NCBI GenBank assembly: GCA_044892525.1
Contig: CM097885.1
Span: 38,938,001-39,002,000, forward strand
Source: Schmidtea polychroa
Lineage: Eukaryota
DNA: 64,000 nucleotides
Reading direction: 5' to 3'
Shown here piece by piece: positions 51,861-64,000 of the stretch (the first letter of the stretch is position 1; each line of letters begins with the position of its first letter). The notes beneath the pieces are model-generated. The model had not been told where the DNA came from. It searched no databases and was given only the letters and a program-made list of their open reading frames with translations. The position numbers were made by a program, and so were the translations under genes.

Positions 51861-51999
51861 AGTAGGTAGATAGTAGCCTACGGGAACAATTGGGGGGGGG
51901 GGGGGTACCCCCCCCATTGTTCCCAAATTTTTATTACGCAATTGTTCCCAACTCATTTTTTTTGCTTTCAGGGATTTTTAGTCCAAATTTTTTTTTATC

Positions 52000-52690
52000 A
52001 CACTATAGTGAGGGGGTCTCGATGGTCCTGGGATTTTCAATACAAAAAAAAATTTTTCAATACAAAAACGATGGTCCTGGGATTTTCAATACAAAAAATT
52101 TTTTTCTATACAAAAATCCAACTACCAATAAAAAAGCATGGAATTTTCAGACTATAGTGAGGGGGTCTCGATGGTCCTGGGATTTTTAATACAAATAAAA
52201 AATTTTCTATACAAAAATCCTACTATCAATAAAAAAGCCAAGGATTTTCAGACTATAGTGAGGTGGGTCTCCTTGGTCCTGAGAAATAGGTGGTCTACAC
52301 TAAAAAAGCATGGTAATTTAAGGTCTCAGGATATTTTCAATACAAAAGCTGGTCTTCAATAAAAAAGCATGGTAATTTAAGGTCTCAGGATATTTTCAAT
52401 ACAAAAAGGCGGTCTTCAATAAAGAAGCATGGTAATTTAAGGTCTCAGGATATTTTCAATACAAAAATCCGACTATCAATAAAAAAGCATGGTAATTTAA
52501 GGTCTCAGGATATTTTCAATACAAAAGCTGGTCTTCAATAAAAAAGCATGGTAATTTAAGGTCTCAGGATATTTTCAATACAAAAATCCGACTATCAATA
52601 AAAAAGCATGGATTTTTCGAATTAAATTAAGGTGGGTCTCCTTGGTCCTGAGAATTTCAATAGACAAAGGTGGTCTACACTAAAAAACGT
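52000..52690. repeat. About 60-bp tandem array
   Basis: Unit AAAAAAGCATGGTAATTTAAGGTCTCAGGATATTTTCAATACAAAA..., with variants. Confidence 0.9.
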
Positions 52691-52699
52691 GGTAAATTT

Positions 52700-53400
52700 T
52701 TTAAAATTACAGTAAATTATGGGTCTAAAAATTGAATTACAGTAAATTATGGACTAAGATTTTTAAATTACAGTAAATTATGGTCCAAATTTTTCAATTA
52801 AAGTAAATTATGGTTCAAATTTTTCAAATAAGGTAATTATGGTCCTAAAAAATTAAATTACAGTAAATTATGGTTCTAAAAAATTATATTACAGTAAATT
52901 ATGGTCTAAAAAAAATTGAATTACAGTAAATTATGGTCCAAATTTTAAAATTACAGTAAATTATGGTCCAAATTTTTGAATTAAAGTAAATTATGGGCTT
53001 AGATTTTTCAATTAAAGTAATGAATGGGCTTAATAACTAAATTAAGGTTCAAAATTTTAAATTAAAGTAAATAATGGTCCTAAAAAATTAAATTAAAGTT
53101 AATTATGGTCCTAAAAAATTAAATTAAGGTTCATATTTTCGAATTAAAGTAATTAATGGGCTCAGATTTTTCAATTAAAGTAAATAATGGCTCAAATTTT
53201 TCAAATTAAAGTAAATAATGGTCCAAATTTTTGAATTAAAGTAAATTTAGGTTCTAAAATATTAAATTAAAGTAAATAATGGTACGAATTTTAAAATTAA
53301 GTAATCAATGGTAAAAAAAAATTTTAAATAAGTAAATTAAAGTAATAATTTTTAAATAAGTAATTAAAGTAATGTAATAAGTAAATTAAAGTAAGATTTT
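52700..53400. repeat. About 30-bp tandem array
   Basis: Unit like AAATTACAGTAAATTATGGTCC. Confidence 0.9.
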
Positions 53401-53629
53401 AAAATTTAATTACAAAAAGTTGAAGGTGTTTGAGAATTGAAATTTTTATGAAATAATTTTCAATGGTAATTTTTAATGGAAATTTTTATGGAATAATTTT
53501 TTAAGTAATTTTTAATGGAAATTTTTATGAAATATTTTTCAATGATAATTTTAGATGGAAATTTTTAAGATAATTTTTAATGAAAATTTTTATGAAATAT
53601 TTTTCAAAGACAAATTTTAATAATAATTC

Positions 53630-54940
53630 AACAACAAACCAACAACTTAGTACCAACAACCAGTAACTTACGAACATGTATTAACAACCAGATACCTACA
53701 ACTATTTACTAACAACTAGTTACATGATACTAAGTAAATACAACCACCAAACAAGTACTAACAACCAAAAACAAGCAACCAACCAGGTACCAGTTACCAA
53801 CTACTAAGTACCTACAACCAACTAGTTACCTGATACCAAGTACTTACAACTAAATACTAACAACCAGTTACCTGATACCTAGTACTTACAACTAGTTACT
53901 AACAACCAAAAACAAGCAACCAACTAGATACCAAGTACCTACAACCACCTACCCATTAACTAGCTACTAAGTACTAACAACCAGATCTCAAACAACTAAA
54001 TACTAACAACCAGTTACCAACTACTAAGTACCTACAACCACCTAGCTACCAAGTACTAACAACCAGGTCTCAAACAACTAAATACTAACAACCAGTTACC
54101 AACTACTAAGTACCTACAACCACCTAGCTACCAAGTACTAACAACCAGGTCTCAAACAACTAAATACTAACAACCAGTTACCAACTACTAAGTACCTACA
54201 ACCAATTAGTTACCTGATACCAAGTACTTACAACTAAATACTAACAACCAGTTACCTGATACCTAGTACTTACAACTAGTTACTAACAACCAACCAACTA
54301 GGTACTAGATACCAAGTACTTACAACCAACAACAACCAAGTACTAAGCATTATCAACCAACTAAATACTAAGTACTAACAACCAACCAACTAGGTACTAG
54401 ATAGGTAGTACTTACAACCAACATCAACCAACTACTAAGTACTAACAACCAAAAACATGCAACCAACTAGCTACCAAGTACTAACAACTAACAACAACCA
54501 GTAACTTACGAACATGTATTACCAACCAGATACCTACAACTAGTTACTAACAACCAGTTACCTGCTACCAAGTACTAACAACCCACAACAATTAGCTAAC
54601 AACTAACTACCACCTACCAAGTACCTACAACTAGATACTAACAACCAAAAACAACCAACCAACTAGGTACTAGATACCAAGTACTCACAACCGACAACAA
54701 CCAAGTACTAAGCATTATTAACCAACTACTAAGTACCTACAACCAACTAACAACCACCTACCAAGTACTAACAACCAGTTACCAACTACTAAGCATTAAT
54801 TACCTACAACTAGTTACTAACAACTAGATACCAAGTACATACAACCAACATCAACCAGGTACTAAGCATTATCAACCAAGTACTAAGAACCAAGTAACTT
54901 ACCTAGTACTGTCAACTAGATACCAAACACTTACAACCAG
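53630..54940. repeat. A/C-rich strand-asymmetric minisatellite
   Basis: Shuffled TACTAACAACC / TACCAAG / CTAG sub-units, with higher-order copies of about 77 bp near 53970-54200. Confidence 0.9.
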
Positions 54941-55237
54941 ATGACCACATGAAATTATTGGTTAAATATGAAAATAAGGATTATATTTAGTTGTTAAGTA
55001 AATTATGGTGTAAAATTAAGAAATAAAGAATAATTAGGTAAATTAAAGTTAAAAATTTTAAATAAGTAAATTAAGGTTCAAAATTTAAAATTAAGTATCC
55101 AATGGTTCAAATTTTAAATTAAAGCTAAATAAGTAAATTAAAGTAAGATTTTTAAATTTATTATCAAAAGATTGAATAACCACCAACTTTTTTGAGAAAT
55201 GTAATTTATAATGAAAATTTAAATGGAAATTTTAATG

Positions 55238-55314
<77 letters not shown>

Positions 55315-58300
55315 TTAATAATAAAAATAATAATTCAACAATCAGATTCCAACAACGATCATGTATTTTTGACTAGGTGCTAACAAATACTTAAATCTCA
55401 ATCAACCAAGTAAAAAACAACCAAGTACTAACAACCAACTAAATATTCTTCATTGTATCTTATGAAATGCTTTTTAAATTATTTTTTTATATGTCTTCAA
55501 AAATATGTTTAATTACAATCAATAGAAAACCTTTTCAAAATGTCTAAATTTAACAAAAATGTTGATTTTCATCAAAAAATGAATAATTGTCAACTCTAAC
55601 ACCACGTGGAATTCAAAATAATTTAAATTACAATGAAAGACTAATGAATTCTAATTTACAAAACATTCTTCTTTTAAATGATAACTACTGACTTATTATT
55701 GCAAAGTAAAAATCACATTCAATAAATACTTATTATTGATCGGTTTTATTATATATACTGAGTTTATCCGACAGGATGTTTTGACCCCCTAAGGGTACAG
55801 GTCGTAAGGGTACTGGTCGAAAGGGTATTAGTCGTAAGGGTACTGGTCGTAAGGATATTGCTAACTCTCAACCGCCACCTACCCATTAACCACCTAACAA
55901 TTACCAACAACCAAGTCTCAAACAACTAAATACTAAACACTTACAACCAACATCAACCAGATACCTACAACTAGATACTAACAATCAGTAAACAACACTG
56001 TACCAACTACCAAATACAAGAAACCAACAACTTAGTACCAACAATCAACTAACAACACATAAAAATAATAGCAATTAAATACAAAATACTCTTCATCACA
56101 TACACTATCTTCTTATCAAAATCTAAAAAGTCAACCAACTACTTACAACCAACAACTATGTACTGACAAATTGATCTTTAAAAGAAAATACTCTTCACTT
56201 GAAAAATTAGATGGAAAATTAATTGAACTCAAGGCATCAATAACTTGATAAAAATTGATTAAATTATTGTAAAAAATTTAAATTATTCGAAATAAATATC
56301 ATAAAAATTTAATTAATGGACAGGAAAAAATTCTAATCATCCAGTAAATAAAAAAAATGCTGATCATTAAAGTTGAATCAACTAAGATAATAAATTAATA
56401 AGATAAGATCTAGTAGATAATTGATTTAGATTGAATAAATTAATTGAAATAAAATTAATTTTAAGTATTTTTTTTAAAAGTAATACATGTACTCAAATTG
56501 ATTGACTGATTTCTCAATATATTCAAAAATCAATATAAATTCATTAAAATTATCAAAGTCAGCAATCTACAATAAAAATAATTATCATTAAATTCCAAAA
56601 GAGACTAGATAACTAATGATAACATCTAACAAACCAGTAAATTCATTTAAATAATTGGTATATCCATTTGAATTCTCCAATAAAATCATCTAAAAAGCAT
56701 TAAATTTCCCTGAAATATCTATATCTTTTAAGATTAGTATCTTATCGATAAGTACTTGTTAAAGATCATATATTCACTTCAAACTAACAAGATTCCTTAA
56801 AATCCCCTTAAATGACTATATTTCTATCCTTAATTCATATTATTACAAATATCATCTAAAAAGCATCAAATTTCATTGAAATAACACTATCTTTAAAGAT
56901 TGATATTTTAATGATAAGTACCCTTAAAAGACTATATATTCACCTCAAACTAACAAGATTCCTTAAAATCTCTTAAATGACTATATTTCTACCCTTAATC
57001 TATATTATTACAAATATTTCACTAAAATCATCTAAAAAGCATCAAATTTCCCTGAAATAACTATCTTTGTCAATGAAATTAATTTTTATTTAAAACCTAT
57101 TCAATAAAATACAACTAATTATCAAGAAATTAATTAAATTTATCAATTAAATTTATCACCATTAAAACTTTTAATCAGTCAACTTTAAATTATTAAATAT
57201 TCATTCAATAAACATTAAATTCACAAAAATGATAGAAATCTGCAAAAATAATAGAAATTTACAAAAATCAAAGAAATTCACAAAATTGATAAAAATTCAC
57301 AAAAAAGATAGAAATTTACTTGAATAAAACCATCAACTCTAAAAATTATCAATGAATGCAAACAAATTTGTCTAAATAATCATTCAAATAAAAGCATTAA
57401 ATACCTTTACGACTAATACCCTTACGACATGTTGAATGTGAGTAGTACCCTTGTGAGCAATACCCATAGGGGGACAGAATATTTTGTCGGATAAACTCAG
57501 AGTATATATTAATTAACTCATTCTTCATTGAATTAGTAAAATTATCATAATTTCGATAAAAATTCTAAAGTGGTAAGCAATGTAAAGAGAATTATTCTTT
57601 AAACTTTGATAAAATTAACATTGAAGGTGGTAAGAATCTTCATTAAAGTGAGGAAATTATTCATTACTCGATTCAAATGGGTGAAAATAATTGGTAGAAT
57701 AATTCATTAATGGAGGTAGATAATGAGAAGTAGTATAGATAAGATGACGGTTGATAAGAATGGATGTATTGCAACTGTTTTCTAAAAATTAACACTTTAA
57801 TAAAAAAAACTTTTAAAACAAATATTTGTGGGGATGTTTTAAGTGAATAATTAATCAAAATCGGCGGAATATAAGTAGAAAATCGGGGTGGGGGTTATAG
57901 GCGAATAATTAATAAAAATCGGGGGTAATATAGGGATTAAATAATGGAGAATAATAGTGAATATAAATGAGAAGGATATATAATTTAAACTATTTTATTA
58001 CGTAACAAGCCGCGACTAGTTTATTACATAACAAGCTGTGAATGGTATTTTACCAACATTTTACTAAATTTTTAAAGTATGTAATTTAATTTTAATTATA
58101 TTTTAAAATTGTATATATTTTGAATATCATTCTATTGTTTAATTTCAATAATAAGTTTAAAAATTCTATAATAATTAATAAATTAATATCTTGTTAACAT
58201 TTATTTGAGAATTTAAAAAACTTTACTTAAAATTAGTGAAGTATTTAATTTTAATTGTATTTTATAAGACATGTATTTGAGTATTAACTTATTTTGATTG

Positions 58301-61300
58301 AAGTATCACATTTAATATTGTGATGATTGTTTTCTAAATCGAAATATTTAGTGTAAAATAGTAAATTTAATAATAAATAGCTACAATATTAAAGGTCTTT
58401 TTTTAAAAAAATAATTACTTTCTATTACCTAATTCCATCATTAAGTTTAAAAAGTCTATAACTGTTAATAATTCAATTTCTTATTCACATTTTCTAATAA
58501 AACTTATATTTTTAAATTTAGTGTAAAGAATTTAATTTTAATTGTATTTTATAAGTCATTTATTTGAATATTTATCTTATTTTTATTGAAAGGAGTAATA
58601 TAATTCATATTATGATATTCGTTTCGAAATATTTAGTGTAGAATCGTAAATTTAATAATATATAGCTATTATTGCAAGTACTTATACAACAAAAACTTTT
58701 TTATTTCTAATGTTTTATTCCATAAATAAGTTTTAAAGTATATAACTGGTAATAAATTAATTTCTTATTTAAATTTATTTAAAAAAGCTTTACTTATAAA
58801 ATTTATATTTTCGAAGACTTATATTTGAATATTAACTTATATTGATTGAAAAGGGTAATTGATTTAGAAATTATTTAGTGTAAATCAAAACATTTAAATT
58901 ATTAAGGTATTAAAGTACCTATTCAAAAATTAAAAAAAAAGACCTAATCAATAATTTTCAATAAAATACTATTCACAGCTTGTTATGTAATAAACTAGTC
59001 GCGGCTTGTTACGTAATAAAATAGTTTAAATTATATATCCTTCTCATTTATATTCACTATTATTCTCCATTATTTAATCCCTATATTACCCCCGATTTTT
59101 ATTAATTATTCGCCTATAACCCCCACCCCGATTTTCTACTTATATTCCGCCGATTTTGATTAATTATTCACTTAAAACATCCCCACAAATATTTGTTTTA
59201 AAAGTTTTTTTTATTAAAGTGTTAATTTTTAGAAAACAGTTGCAATACATCCATTCTTATCAACCGTCATCTTATCTATACTACTTCTCATTATCTACCT
59301 CCATTAATGAATTATTCTACCAATTATTTTCACCCATTTGAATCGAGTAATGAATAATTTCCTCACTTTAATGAAGATTCTTACCACCTTCAATGTTAAT
59401 TTTATCAAAGTTTAAAGAATAATTCTCTTTACATTGCTTACCACTTTAGAATTTTTATCGAAATTATGATAATTTTACTAATTCAATGAAGAATGAGTTA
59501 ATTAATATATACTCTGAGTTTATCCGACAAAATATTCTGTCCCCCTATGGGTATTGCTCACAAGGGTACTACTCACATTCAACATGTCGTAAGGGTATTA
59601 ATTGTAAAGGTATTTAATGCTTTTATTTGAATGATTATTTAGACAAATTTGTTTGCATTCATTGATAATTTTTAGAGTTGATGGTTTTATTCAAGTAAAT
59701 TTCTATCTTTTTTGTGAATTTTTATCAATTTTGTGAATTTCTTTGATTTTTGTAAATTTCTATTATTTTTGCAGATTTCTATCATTTTTGTGAATTTAAT
59801 GTTTATTGAATGAATATTTAATAATTTAAAGTTAGTTCTAAGATAAAGTTAATTAATTTCTTGATAATTGGATGTATTTTTAATTTTAAATAAAAATTAT
59901 TTTTAATGAGGTTAATAATTAGAGTTTGTACAATAATCAAGTGGTAGGATAAATTTTTATGAGGATATTGAATAATTTTCTAAGAATTTCATGTTGACTG
60001 ATTAAAAGTTTTAATGGTGATAAATTTAATTGATAAATTTAATTAATTTCTTGATAATTAGTTGTATTTTATTGAATAGTTTTTAAATAAAAATTAATTT
60101 CATTGACAATTAGGTATAATTAAGTGATAGAATAAATTTTTGATGATAACTTTGTAATATATTTGACTAGATAATTTTTTTTCAATAATTTTCTAAGAAT
60201 ATTTACACATTGATGATCTTTAAAAACATAAGCTAAGAAACCAGTTAACTTTATCAGGGACTTTAAATTTACGTGATAATTATTGTAGGATATACAGAAA
60301 TTTAGTTTGCTGTTATTGCTTGAAAATGATTGGTTGAATAGCTGAAGAATTATGATCAAACAATATATATCATCTCCAGTATTTGATGGTAAATAATTGT
60401 AGAAAATTTATTGAATTTTGATCTTTTAGTGGGCTCTTATTATTTGTCTGGTTCCTATAACAATTAATTAAAAGTCAGATTTTTGAAGTTCTCTGAGGAT
60501 TTTAAGAGGATTGATATATATTAAAGGGCTCAAGTGGGTGGAATCTTTAGGGAAAATAAGGGATATAATCGGATAGATGTTTAAAAGGGTAGAAATATTT
60601 GCTGAGAGATCGGTTAAGATGGGATATTGTCGGTGAGATTTAATGAGAGATCGGTTAAGATGGGAATATATGATCTTTTAAGGGAGATAGAGTCGGTTAG
60701 ATTAAATGAGGGATAGGTTAAGATGGGAATATATATCATTGTAAGGGAGATATAGTCGATTGACTTTAATGAGGGATCGGATAAGATGGGAATATATCAT
60801 TGTAAGGGAGATATAGTCGATTGAATTTAATGAAGGATGGGTTAAGATGTGAATATATGATTTTTTTAATGGTGATGTTGGTAAAATATCATTGTTTTAA
60901 GGGAAATGTCAATTAGTCAGTTATGTATCATTAATAATTATATCGTTTTATTAGGTTGTGATTAATTCGTTGTATATTAATTTAGATTTATGGATTATTA
61001 AATAGGGATAATGATCGATTTACTTGGTTTTGACAATGACAACTTTACAGATAATTGGGATTGATATCAACTTTAATTTATTTTTATCTTTATTTAGACG
61101 GAGAATGACAAAAGTTGAGAAATATGGACTTAAAACATTGACTAAATAAAATTGATCTTTATTGAAAGGAATCTTGATTTTAATTAGTAATTAAATCGGT
61201 TGAATATCGGTAAAATGATCATTTGAAGAAATATATTTTATTGAATGGATAAATTTAATCTTTTAATGGGACCTAGTCAGTTATATTGTAGTAATATTTA

Positions 61301-63459
61301 TTTAAAATATCGAGTACAGTGATTAACAAAAAGTTAATTATAACCGGTTTTATTATTAGATTTTATCAATTATTTAGGGTTAATGACCAAATTATTTTAC
61401 ATGTTTTATAATATTCGTGATAATAGGAATTAAAGTCATTTAAAGGGGATTTTAAGCAATCTTATTAGTCTGAGGTAAATATATAACCTTAACTTTACAG
61501 ATAATTGGGATTGATATCAACTTTCAATGGGACCTAATCAGTTATATTGTAGTAATATTTATTTATAAATATCGAGTACAGTGATTAACAAAAAATTAAT
61601 TATAACCAGTTTTATCATTAGATTTTATAAATTATTTAGGGTTAATGATTTTACATGTTTTATAGGGAAATATTTGTGATAATAGGAATTAAAGTTAGAA
61701 TTATAGTCATTTAAAGGGGATTTTAAGGAATCTTATTAGTCTGAGGGGAATATATGATCCTTTACGGGTACTTATCATTAAAATATCAATCTTTAAATAT
61801 TGATATATTTAGGGGAAATGATGCTTTTTAGATGATTTTAATGAATTATTTGTAATAATATGAATTAAGGGTTGAAATATAGTCATTTAAGGGATTTTAA
61901 GGAATCTTATTAGTTTGAGGAGAATATATGATCTTTAACAAGTATTTATCATTAAAATACCAATCTTTAAATATTGATATATTTAGGGGGAAAATGATGC
62001 TTTTTAGATGATTTTATTGGAGAATTCACTTGGATATACCAATTATTGTCATTTGAATGAATTTACTGGTTTGTTAGATGTTATCATTAGTTATCTAGTC
62101 TCTTTTGGAATTTAATGATAATTATTTTTATTGTAGATTGCTGACTTTGATAATTGTAATGAATTTATACTGATTTTTTGAATATATTGAGAAATCAGTC
62201 AATCAATTTGAGTACTTTTAAAAAAATAATTAAAATTAATTTTATTTCAATTAATTTATTCAATCTAAATCAATTATCTACTAGATCTTATTTCAAAATT
62301 CTTATTAATTTATTATCTTAGTTGATTCAACTTGAATGATCAGTATTTTTTTTTTACTGGATGATTAATGATTAGAATTTTTTCCTGTCCATTAATTAAA
62401 TTTTTATGATATTTATTTTGAATAATTTAAATTTTTACAATAATTTAATCAAATTTTACCTAGTTATTGATGCCTTGAGTTCAATTAATTTTCCATCTAA
62501 TTTTTCAAGTGAAGAGTATTTTCTTTTAAAGATCAATTTGTTAGTACATAGTTGTTGGTTGTAAGTAGTTGGTTGACTTTTTAGATTTTGATAAGAAAAT
62601 AGTGTATGCGATGAAGAATATTTTGTATTTAATTGCTATTATTTTTATGTGTTGTTAGTTGATTGTTGGTACTAAGTTGTTGGTATCTTGTATTTGGTAG
62701 TAGGTACAATGTTGTTTACTGATTGTTGTTATATAGTTGTAGGTTGATAATGCTTTGTACCTGGTTGTTGTCGGTTGTGAGTACTTGGTATCTGGTTGAT
62801 AGCTTGTTGATAGTACTTAGTAACTAGTTAATGGGTAGGTGGTGGTTGAGTGTTACCAATACCCCTACGACTAGTACCTTTACGACCAGTACCCTTACGA
62901 CTAATACCCTTACGATCAGTACCCTTACGACCAGTATACTTACGACCAGTACCCTTAGGGGGTCAAAACATCCTGTCGGATAGACTCAGAGTATATATAA
63001 TAAAACTGATCAACAATAAATATTTATTGAATGCGATTTTTACATTGCAATAATAAGTTATCAATTAAAAGAAGAATGTTTTGTAAATTAGAATTCATTA
63101 GTCTTTCATTGTAATCTAAATTATTTGAATTCCACGTAGTGTTTTAAAGTGGTTGAGTTATGGTTTTTTGATGAAAATCAACATTTTTGTTAAATTTAGA
63201 CATTTTGAAAAGGTTTTTCTACTGATTGTAATTAAACATATTTTTTAAGATAGATAAAAAATTAATTTAAAAAACAATTCATAAAATACAATGAAGAATA
63301 TTTAGTTGATTGTTGGTACTTGATTGTTTTTACTTGGTTGTTTGAGAGTTAGTTAGTACATGGTATCTAGTTGTAAGTATTTGGTACTTATTTGTCAGCA
63401 CCTAGTCAAAAATATTTAGTAACCGATTGTTGGTAACTGTTGAATTATTATTATTATTA

Positions 63460-63524
<65 letters not shown>

Positions 63525-64000
63525 TCATTTAAATTTTCATTAAAAATTACATTTCTCAAAAAAATTGGTGGTTATTCAATATTTTGATAATAAATTTAAA
63601 AATCTTACTTTAATTTACTTATTTAGCTTTAATTAAAAATTTGAACCATTGGTTACTTAATTTTAGATTTTGAACCTTAATTTACTTATTTAAAAATTAT
63701 TACTTTAATTTACTCATTTAGCTTTAATTTAAAATTAAAACCATTGTTTTCTTTAATTTAAAATTTTGAACCTTAATTTACTTATTTAAAATTTTTAACT
63801 TTACTTATCCTTAATTTACCTAATTATTCTTTATTTCTTAATTTTACACCATAATTTACTTAACAACTAAATATAATCCTTATTTTCATATTTAACCAAT
63901 AATTTCATGTGGTCATTGATTAATTGAGGAAGATTTGCATCTAAAATTAACATTGAATATCCCAGAAAACTTTCAACCTAAATTGACTTTAACTTTAATA

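Larger units (their letters stand above)
51861..63916. mobile_element. Giant foldback element 2 (related to element 1)
   Basis: Starts AGTAGG exactly where Gypsy RT stops. Inverted arms 54941-58052 and 58962-63916, spacer 58053-58961. Shares blocks with element 1 (e.g. GGTGGTAAGAATCTTCATTAAAGT, AATTGGGATTGATATCAA). Confidence 0.85.

Noticed and set aside
52290..52620. CRISPR-like regular repeats
   Set aside because: Units are contiguous tandem copies without unique spacers, there are no cas genes, and the context is eukaryotic.

Overview
Very AT-rich eukaryotic DNA with many (AAT)n microsatellites. Composition and repeat style suggest an invertebrate, possibly a planarian or other flatworm (inference only). 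There is one intact host-type gene: an intronless 1121-aa Slo1/BK calcium-activated K+ channel (12834-16199). The first 35 kb otherwise holds decayed transposons: pogo/Tigger, hAT, Chapaev3-like, Merlin-like, MULE-like, piggyBac-like MITEs, two solo LTRs with TSDs, and Gypsy remnants. One Gypsy remnant appears to carry a ubiquitin-like domain ending in RGG just upstream of Gag. The last 28.5 kb is a nested stack (Gypsy < hAT < Gypsy) dominated by two related giant foldback elements with no recognisable intact genes (35516-48184 and 51861-63916). They have multi-kb inverted arms, the same left terminus (AGTAGG-N14-CGGGAACAA, Polinton/Maverick-like), subterminal hairpins and tandem arrays, and 16 copies of a conserved promoter-like module. 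All family calls come from motif recognition by eye, not database searches.
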